Below are positions 51,217-60,535 of a stretch of 64,000 nucleotides of DNA, one piece after another. A program made the position numbers and the translations under genes. Each line of letters begins with the position of its first letter. The first letter of the stretch is position 1. Below the pieces are notes generated by a model. That model made no database searches. It was not told the DNA's origin and was given only the letters and a program-made list of their open reading frames with translations. The DNA lies in assembly GCF_004010195.1 (NCBI RefSeq), contig NC_057720.1, forward strand, positions 21,425,882 through 21,489,881, read 5' to 3'. Origin of the DNA: Chiloscyllium plagiosum (Eukaryota).

Positions 51217-52362
51217 GAGGTCAGTCACTTCAGCTCCAAGACATCTCTGTATGAGTTCCTCATGTTAGTGTCCTTGACCCAACCATCTTCAGCCGCTTCA
51301 TCAATAATCTTCCTTCCATCGTAAGCTCAGAGGTGGGGATATTTGCTGATGATTCCACAACTCCTTGGATGCTGAAGCAGTCCATCTCCAATGCAGCACG
51401 TCCTGGACAATATCCAGGCTTGAGTTGAAAAGTGGCATATAAATTTTGTGTTAAACTATTGCAAAGCATTACCATCTCCAATAAAAGACAATCTAAAAAT
51501 AACCCATTGGCTTTCAGTTGTATTAATATCACTGAATCCCTATGGTCAACATCCTGGTTAATAATTTCATTGAAACTGAATTGGACTAGCCAAATATTAC
51601 CTTGGCTACAAGAACAGGTCAAAGGCTGGGAAAAACCCATTTGATTCACTAAGTCCCTGAGGGAAAGAAATTTGCGATCCTTACCTGGCCTGGTTTAGAT
51701 GTGACTCGAGACCCACAGCAATGTAGTTGACAATTAACTGCCCTCTGGGCAATTAGGGATGGGCATAAATGCTGGCCTAGCCAACAATGCTCTCATCCCA
51801 CGAATGAATTAATATTGCAGCAAGTAACTCACCTCCTGACTCCTGAGAACCTGTCCATCATTCACATGACAAACTCAGAAGTATGATGGATGCTTTCCAT
51901 TTGCATGAGTGGGTGCAACCCTAATAATACTCGGGAAGCTTCACACCATCCAGGACAAAGCAACCACTTGCTTGGCTCTACGTTCACACTCTCCATGACC
52001 TATGCTCAGTAGGAGCAGTATGTATCATCTACAGACACACTACAGAAGTCCATCAAAGATCCTTAGACAGCAACTTCCTTTCAACTCCAGAACCACTACC
52101 ATCTAGAAGGACAAGGGCAGCAGATACATGGGAATACCAGCCCTCCAAGCCACTCACCATCCTGATTTGAAAATATATGGCTGTTCCTTCACTGTTGCTG
52201 GGTCAAAATTCTGGAATTCCTTCTCTAACGGCATTCCTTCCCTACAGCACATGAACTGCAGTGGTTAAAGAAGGTACCTCCTATCACTCTCTCAAGGGTA
52301 ACGAGGGATGAGCAATAAATGTTAGTGTATCCAGTGATGCCCACTCCATGAGTGAATAAGAA
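51023..52362 (+). mobile_element. L2/Crack-like LINE, 5'-truncated
   Basis: SVLDPTIFSRFINNLPS...IFADD RT motifs; inverse match to 1745-3000; contains a SINE at 51631-51810. Confidence 0.85.
51631..51810 (+). mobile_element. 5'-truncated SINE (same family as 216-562) inserted in the LINE
   Basis: aaaacccatttgattcactaa...gggcaattagggatgggcataaatgctggcctagcc...gaatgaatt; the LINE resumes collinearly afterwards. Confidence 0.8.
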
Positions 52363-52682
52363 ACAAAGTGCCATTTTCTTCTATGCTGCAGATATTGTCA
52401 GTGGCTTTGCAAGAGGTTAGGTCACCAGGGAAACCATCTTTGTGGCTGATGTTCATTCCAGTGCTGACCCCCATGAATCATACAGCATCTCTAAACAGCT
52501 TGGGCAACCATCAATGTCATTCCCTTCCATAGCCATTAAAATTGACTAAGCACTTCCATTTGTATCATAAAGTTAACATAGCAATGTATTCCAATGTATG
52601 GCACAGCAGCAATATCAAATCAAACTTGACACCACCCAGACGGATGGGTATTAAAGGAAGAAAGAGAGAGAGAATGGCAGAA

Positions 52683-53425
52683 GAGTCATAGTCATAGAGA
52701 TGTACAGCATAAAAACAGACCCTTCGGTCCAACTCATCTATGCCGAACAGATATCCTAAATAAATCGAGTCCCATTTGCCAGCATTTAGCCCATCTCCCT
52801 CTAAACCCTTCCTATTAATATACCAATCCAGATGCCTTTTAAATGTTGTAATTGTACCAGCCTCCACCATTTCCTCTGGCAGTTCATTCCATACATGCAC
52901 CATCCTCTGTGTGAAAAAGTTGCCACTTAGGTTCCTTTTATATCTTTCCCCTCTCATCCTGAACCTATGCCCTCTAGTTCTGGACTTCCCCACCCCAGGG
53001 AAAATACCTTGTCTAGTTCACTTATCCATACCCCTCATGATTTTATAAACATCTCTCAGGTCACCCCTCAGCCTCTGACACTCCAGGGAAAACAGCCCCA
53101 GCCTGTTCAGCCTCTCCCTATAGCTCAAACCCTCCAACCCTGGCAACATCCTTGTAAATCTTTTCTGAATCCTTTCAAGTTTCACAACATCCTTCCTATA
53201 GGAGGGAGACCAGAATTGCACATAATATTCAAAAGTGGCCTAACCAATGCCCTGTACAGCCACAACATGACCTCCCAACTGGTATACTCAATGCTCTGAC
53301 CAATAAATGAAAGCATACTAAACACCTTCTTCACTATCCTATCTACCTGCGCCTCCACTTTCAAGGAACAGTGAACATGCACTACAAGGTCTCTTTGTTC
53401 AGCAACACTCCGCAGGACTTTACCA
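52683..53425 (-). mobile_element. CR1 (HER1-like) 3' part, relatively young
   Basis: QFWSPSYRKDVVKLERIQKRFTRMLPGL...GNFFTQRMVHVWNELPEE; atgact(ct) tail repeats. Confidence 0.92.
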
Positions 53426-53739
53426 ATTCCAATTGGTGTTGTGGTACTTGTAGGCATAGTGACCAGTATTGCATGGAAATTGGAGATTCTTAGTTGACCA
53501 GAATTGGAGAAGTGCAGACAATGAAGGGTTCTTGTTTTGGAGGAACTTCCAGAGGTAGGGAAGGGTGTGGCTGTGGAGGAATTTGAAAACATGTTTGGTA
53601 TTTATAAAATAATATAGGATAATATTTTAGATGTATGACTAAATGACTAAAACCTCCAGTGAGCTTGTTACAGTTCTGCAGCATAAAGCAGGGATTTCAT
53701 GTACTTAAAGGACTGGCTCATTCATCTTTCAGGACACAC

Positions 53740-54106
53740 AATTATGAGGGGCATGGATAGGATAAATTGACAAAGTATTTTCCCTGGGGTGGGGGAGTCC
53801 AGAACTAGAGGGCATAGGTTTAGGGTGAGGGGGGGAAGATATAAAAGAGACCTAAGGGGCAACTTTTTCACGCAGAGGGTAGTACGTGTATGGAATGAGC
53901 TGCCAGAGGATGTGGTGGAGGCTGGTACAATTGCAACATTTAAGAGGCATTTAGATGGGTATATGAATAGGAAGGGTTTGGAGGGATATGGGCTGGGTGC
54001 TGGCAGGTGGGACTAGATTGGATTGGGATATCTGGTCATCATGGACGGGTTGGACCGAAGTGTCTGTTTCCATGCTGTACATCACTATGACTCTATGACT
54101 CTATGT
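53740..54106 (+). mobile_element. CR1 (HER1-like) 3' end, relatively young
   Basis: GESRTRGHRFRVRGGRYKRDLRGNFFTQRVVRVWNELPE; tail ctatgactctatgactctatg. Confidence 0.92.
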
Positions 54107-54891
54107 CTCTATCAAGTAAAAACCATGTGGTGAGTGCATGTGTGCCATTGATGTTGCTGGAAGATATTGCATCATATGATTGTAGCAAGTAACACCCTCA
54201 TTAGCAGGTTTTTCAACAATGTGTACACCTGAAGTATCTTTTGCAGTGCAAAATTGTTACTTACCATTTAATAAAAATAATCATCAGTGGACCGTGAATG
54301 TTTGCAATTGTTGCATATTACATGGTGCAAATGATAAGTAAAACAACACAGATGAAATCACGACTCGACAACTGCACTGAATGCTTAGTTAGTTTATATT
54401 GTGAAGATTTGTTCTGCTACAATTCATTTGTCTCTCCCTTAAAAAGAAACTAAAAAAAGCTGGTCACAATTACGAGCTGCAGGAGAATTGAATATTGAAG
54501 GGATTTGGTATTGAGAGCTAGGTCTCTGAGAGAAGGCAAATTTGTGCCTAATGTTGAAATATTTATACAGTTTAATGCATCTCTAACCAATCAGAAGAAT
54601 GCATTTTCTATGTGTCAGATCTCCTTTATCCTCAATGCTGATAGATTACAGTCATCAGAGAGTCTAACTATAGATCGATCATTTCAACAAAGCACCTAAA
54701 CTGCCAGGCACTCAATTCTGCATAACGCAAACATAGGTGGGTATTTAAATTAATCAAAAGGTTCATTTACACATTGTCTTCAAGTAATGCTTAAAGTTTA
54801 TCCTCTTAAATGTGAATTAGGTGTAAATACACAATTGCATTACCTGGAAAAGAGAACTACTATTGGTACTATGCTGTATGTGAATTATACT

Positions 54892-54981
54892 GCGCCTCGG
54901 ATGCTGCCTGAACTGCTATGCTCTTCCAGCACCACTAATCCAGAATCTGGTTTCCAGCATCTGCAGTCATTGTTTTTACCT
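54892..54981 (+). mobile_element. PLE terminal-repeat unit (family A variant, no hammerhead)
   Basis: cctcggatgctgcctga...ttccagcatctgcagtc; perfect 13-bp direct repeat tgtgaattatact at 54879-54891 and 54982-54994. Confidence 0.85.
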
Positions 54982-55179
54982 TGTGAATTATACTTGACCA
55001 CTAGTCCTCTCTCACCCACCAGGCGTCCTTTGTAGCCTTTGCACTTTGTGTAATGAGGGCTGAGTGCTTTTTAAACAAAGGGGAAAAAGTCTATGTTAAC
55101 AGCATTATTCTTAACATTTGTCACAGAGAAGAACCTTGTCCAGAACTCTCACTTATTTTCCTTATTCACCATTCCATTC

Positions 55180-56420
55180 TTAGAATCATAGAATTTTACA
55201 ATACAGAAGGAGACCATTCAAACCCTTGTGTCTGTACAGACTCCTGAAAGAGCTTCACTTTCAAATATATATCCAGCTATCTTTTGAAACCTATGGTATT
55301 ACTTCCACCACCCTCCCAGGCAGCGCATTCCAAATCTGAACAGCTCCCTGAGTAAATAAGTTTCTCCTCATTTCAGTCCTCACTGTCTTGCTGACAATCT
55401 TGAAATTGTGACCCCTAGTTACTGACACACCAACTAGTGGGAATAGAATATCCATTTTTATCCTGTCAAAATTGTTCATAATTTTGAACACCTCAGCAAG
55501 GTCGCCTCTTCATCTTTTCTACACTAAGGATAATAAGCCCATTTTTTTCTCATCTTTCCATGCATCTAAAATCCCTCATTCTGATATAATTCTAATTAGC
55601 CTCCTTTGCACTGTCTCCACAGCTTTAACATACTTCCTTAAACAGGATATACACAACTGAATACAATACCCCAAATGTGGTCTGACCAATGGTTTGTAGA
55701 GGTGTAGTATCACTTGCTTTTATACTCTATGTCTCTATTTCTAAACCCAAGGATCCTGTAAGCCTTCTTAACTATTTCAACTTTAGAGAGTTATGCATGT
55801 GAACCCCTATGTCCCTCTGCTCCTGTACTCCCCTCAAGTGATGTATCATGAAACATGAATTGTCTCTCCATTTCTCTTCTTCCAAAACGCAGAATCTCAA
55901 AATTCTCTGCATTGAATTTCATCTGCCAGGTGTCTGCCCATTTGGCCATCTTGTCAATGTCTCTATGAAGTTGCTCAGCACTGTCCTCACAATTCATCAT
56001 TCTCCCTATCTTAGTTTCATCTCCAAATTTAGAAATTTTACCTCTGACACCCATCTCCAAATCATTTACATAAATCAGAAAAAGCAAGGGTCCCAACATC
56101 AATCCCTGGGGGACACCACTTTGTCTCATTTCTTCTCTCATCTCAACTCATCTCTAGTCTGAGAACTGCCTAGCTATACCTACAGTGTCTTTCCTATCTT
56201 TTAGCCATCTTCTAATCAATGCTGCCAAGGACCCATCAATCCCAACTATTTCTAATTTGATAACCAACCCACCAGGTGCCATTGTATTAGATGCTTTCTG
56301 AAAATCAAATATATAACATCCACAGTACTCCCCTCATCCATTGCCTGTATCATCATGAGAATGGACTTATTTAAATTTGTCAGATGTGACCTTGATAAAG
56401 CCACATTGACCATCAAGTAT
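55180..56420 (-). mobile_element. CR1 LINE RT and 3' end
   Basis: SGVPQGLMLGPLLFLIYVNDL...SKFGDETK; RRNLFTQGAVQIWNALP. Confidence 0.9.
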
Positions 56421-56429
56421 TAGCTCGAT

Positions 56430-57140
56430 GCAAATGGTCAAACCACATAGTTTTAAACAAAACAGAATTTATTTATAAGATTACTGAATGAAACACAAAC
56501 GAAGTAAAGCCGAATACTGAATAACTTAACCTATCTGCAAACCCAACAGATCATCCCAACTTAATTATACTGTTCCAAATACTTGCAACAATCCCCAAAA
56601 TACACCCCTTGGCACAAAAAGGTAAAATCAAACACAGGGTCTTACAGGAGAGATGTCAGAGAGAGAGAGAGAGCGAGAGAGAGAAGAGGATCAGTATGGA
56701 TCTGCTTCTTCGGGTCCGGCAAGTTGTAAAACTGCCTGACTGCCTTCAGTGAATAGATTAGAGTGGTGCTGGAAAAGCACAGCAGGTCAGGTAGCATCCG
56801 AGGAGCAGGAAAATCGACATTTCGGGCAAAAGCCCTTCATCAGGAAAGACTCTGGTTTCCAGCATCTGCAGTCCTCACTTTTGCCCTGCTTTCAGTGAAA
56901 AGCCAGACCAAACCAAACCAGAGAAAAGCTGAGCTGGGAGAACTGGTCATTCCCTTTTCATTGCACAAGTGTTTTCTTTAAAACTCAAGAGCCTTTTGCC
57001 TGAGGCAGTATCTGTTAGCTATTAACAAATTGACCATAAAACCCCTCAACTTAGTCTTTTTGTAGTCTGTACCTTTTACGACTTCTCTGACAAAAAAGCC
57101 AGGTACAACATAACCTTGTTGAAGGAGTAGCATCATCACA
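56430..57140 (-). mobile_element. Probable solo or truncated LTR
   Basis: Minus strand starts TGTGATGATGC at 57140; aataaa on the minus strand near 56470; (GA)n tract; no internal coding sequence adjacent. Confidence 0.45.
56754..56885. mobile_element. PLE terminal-repeat unit (family A) with inversion
   Basis: Minus-strand hammerhead CUGAUGA-A-GGGC-UUUU-GCCC-GAAA-UG-UC at 56816-56843, then a plus-strand tail; 14-bp direct repeats with 1 mismatch. Confidence 0.85.
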
Positions 57141-57569
57141 CATGTTAGAACAAAAGTACGATGGTATCATTTGTTCCCACTTCAACATCAATCCTCAGAC
57201 CTGCCACCTCAAGGGGGCGATCCAAGAGGCATGGTATTGCAATTGAAAGTGCCCAAATGCACACCAACACAGTTAGTGAATGTCGAAGAATTGTTTGATT
57301 ATGGGGAGGAGTAAAGCTGGTCCTCATTCTGTCCTGACCAGAGGTCAATTTCTGACAGAGGTCAGTAGTTGGCTATGGTAGTGCTGAGTCTTAGGAGAAA
57401 CTTCTTGCCTCCTTCCTTTGCAGTTGAAGTCACTGTCTTCAGACAATATTCCACCTTTTATCCTGATTGAGAACATACTGAAAGCCAAGGTTTATGTCAT
57501 CCCTGGAGGGTTGGGCTTATCTTCAGTGGAAAAACTGTGCCTGTTTCTCTAGAGTTTCAAAAAAATAAC

Positions 57570-58348
57570 AGATCATCTAACTGAGACTAACAACATTTTT
57601 ATAAGGCTTACTCGATAAGATGGATGTTACTAGAATGCTTCCCTTGGCTGTTGAGTCCAGAACTTGAGGTACGGTCTCAGACAAAGGGATAGGCCAGGTA
57701 AGACTGAGATTAGGAGAAATTTCTTCACTCAGAGAGTAGTGATCCTTTGGCATTCTCTACTGTAAAGAGCCATGGAACCTCAATCATTGATGTCATTTAA
57801 CACAGAAATTGCAAGATTTCTGGATACTATTATGAGATAGCTCGTAAAAGTGGAATTGAGGGAAATGATCATTGTGATCTGATTGAATTACAAATCAGAT
57901 TTGATGGCTAGGTGCTGCTAATCCTGCTCCTATGTTCCTGTAGCACAGCGCCTGTCAATGGATGTACTTTTCCATGAAATGAGTCGCGTACTTCTGCCTC
58001 AACCTCATCTTGCACATTGTCGCACATTGTTTCCCTCCTTATTTGTAGTGTACATTAGTGTAGGAGATGTGATCAGAAAGTTCGCAGATAGCAAAAATTG
58101 GTGGTGTGATAAATGGCAAGGAGGAAAGCCTCAGAATACAGGATAGATATAGACGGGCTGCTCAGATGGGCTAAATATCAACAAAAGTGTAAGGAGATGT
58201 ATTTTGGGAGGGATTAATAAGAAAAAGTAGTACACTTTGAATGTTAGGGACCCTAGGAAGTACAGAAGGTTATAAAGACCTTGCTGTATGTGTCCATAGA
58301 TCTATGAAGGCAGTAGAACAGATAGATAAGGTGGTTAAGAAGGCAACA
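57570..58348 (+). mobile_element. Two CR1 fragments (57570-57940 3' end; 58030-58348 RT piece)
   Basis: aggagaaatttcttcactcagagagtagtg (RRNFFTQRVV); aagttcgcagatagc (KFADS). Confidence 0.75.
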
Positions 58349-58359
58349 ACTTATTGATT

Positions 58360-58558
58360 TATTTCTGGATTGTTAATTAAGAGACCCAGGTAATATTCTG
58401 AGACCCAGGTACAACCCCTGCAATGACAGATAGTAGAATTTGAGTAAAAGTTTGGAATTAAGAGTCTAGTGCCACGAATCCATTGTTGATTGTCAGAAAA
58501 AAACCCATCTGGTTCACTAATGTCTTTAGGGAAGAAAATCTGCCATCCTTACCTGGTC
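58360..58558 (+). mobile_element. SINE 5' part (family of 216-562), truncated at the PLE junction
   Basis: aaaacccatctggttcactaatgtctttagggaagaaaatctgccatccttacctggtc then switches to PLE sequence. Confidence 0.75.
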
Positions 58559-60535
58559 CTGCAGAAGGGTTACACCTGAAATGTTGACTTCTACACCTCC
58601 TGATGTGTAGAAGTCAATATTTGATGGCTTGCTGTGTTCTTTCAGCCTCCTGCCTGTCTCCTTACCTCTCACCAAACCAGCAGACAAGGTGAGGGGGGGG
58701 TTTGGTGCAGTGGTAGTTTGGCACACCAACCTCTAGACCGCTGAAGCCAGGCTCCAACTCGCAGACATTTCCTCCTACTGTCCCCTCAACCACGACCTCA
58801 CCTCCTATCACCAAACCATCATCTCTCTGACCATCCACAACCTCATCACCTCAGGAGATCTCCCATCCACAGCCTCCAACCTTAGAGTCCGGGAAACCCG
58901 CGCCACCTGATTCTATCACCTACCGAAGATTCACAAGCCTGACTTCCCTGGTGACCCATTGTCTCAGCCTGTTCCTGTCCCACTGAACTCATCGCTGCAT
59001 ACCGTGACACCGTCCTTAGTCCAGAACTCCCCACCTACGTTTAAAATGCCACCCACGTCCTTCACCTCCTCCAAAATCTTTACTTCCCCGGATCCCTGTG
59101 CCTTAACTTCACCATGGACATCCAGTCCCTGTACACATCTATCTGCCACAATGAAGGCCTCCAAGCCCTCTGTTTCTTTTTCTCATGCTGTCCCAACCAG
59201 TGCCCTTCCACTGACACACTCATTCGATTGGCTGAACTGATCCTCACTCTTAACAACTTCTCCTTCCAATCCTCCCAATTCCTCCAAACCAAAGAGGTAC
59301 CCGTGGGCACCCGTATGGGCCCCAGCTATGCTTGCCTCTTTGTCAGGTATGTGGAACAGACCATCTTCCGCAGCCAATCCAGCATCATCTCCCACCTTTT
59401 CCTCCGTTACATTGAAGACTGTATCAGTGCTACCTCGTGCTCCCACAAGAAGGTTGAACAATTCATCAACTTCACTAACACCTTTCACCCTGACCTCAAA
59501 TTCACCTGGACCATCTCAGACACCTCCCTCCCTTTCCTGGACCTCTCCATCTCTTTCTCTGGCGACCACCTAACCACAGACATCTACTACAAACCCACAG
59601 ACGCCACAGCTAGCTGGTCTACACCTCCCCCCTCCCTCCCTCCTGTAAAAAGCCATCACTTATTCCCAAATCCTCCACCTCCGCCGCATCTGTTCCCAGG
59701 ATGACCAATTCCAAAATAGAAATCCCAGATGGCCTCTTTCTTCAAAGATCACAATGTCCCCTCCCACTTGGTCGATGATGCCCTCCAGCATCGCCGCCAC
59801 TTCCCGCACGAACACCTTGCACCCCACCCCTCCCAACGCAACCCCGGTCCTCATCTTCCATCCCACCAACCTCCGTATACATCATCCTCTGCCATTTCTG
59901 CCAACTACAAACAGACCCATCACTAGGGATATATTTCCCTCCCCACCCCTACCAGTGCTTTGGAGAGACCATTCCCTGTGCGACTCCCTTGTCAGATCCA
60001 TGACCCCCCACCCCCATGAGCCCTCACCCCACTCCCAGCACCATCCCCTGCCATCGCAGAAAGTGCAAAACCCGAGCCCATTCCTTCCCCCTCACCTCCA
60101 TCCAAGGCCCCAAAGGATCCTTCCAAATCCAACAGAAATTTAACTGTACCTCCACTAATGTCATCTACTGTATCCGTCGCACCCGATATGGTCTCCTCTA
60201 CATTGGGGAGACAGGATGCCTACTTGCGGATCGTTTCAGAGAACATCTCCGAGAAACCTACACCAACCAACCCCACCGCCCCTTGGCTGAACACTTCAAC
60301 TCCCCCTCGCACTCCACATGCAGGTCCTGGGCCTCCTCCATCGCCAAATCTTAACATCCTGAGGCCTGGAGGAAGAACGTCTCATCCTTAGCCCACCAGC
60401 CCACAAGCTTCATTCCTGATGAAGGGCTTATGTCCAAAATGTCAATTCTCCTGCTCCTCAGATGCTACCTGACCTGCCACGTTTTTCCACACTCCTGACT
60501 CTGATCTCCAGCATCTGGAGTCCTCACTTTCTCCC
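58558..60535 (+). mobile_element. Penelope-like retroelement (Neptune-type), long disrupted copy: RT plus GIY-YIG endonuclease
   Basis: FYHLPKIHKP, MDIQSLYTSI, GTRMGPSYACLF, FLRYIEDC, LPFLDL, YYKPTD (RT); CHRRKCKT Cys linker; CTSTNVIYCI...LLYIGETG...RFREH (GIY-YIG); terminal repeat with decayed hammerhead at 60416-60443; frameshifts and deletions. Confidence 0.95.

Noticed and set aside
59114..59704. Functional or domesticated reverse transcriptase
   Set aside because: Catalytic motif reads YIED instead of YIDD, and the ORF is broken by frameshifts on both sides.
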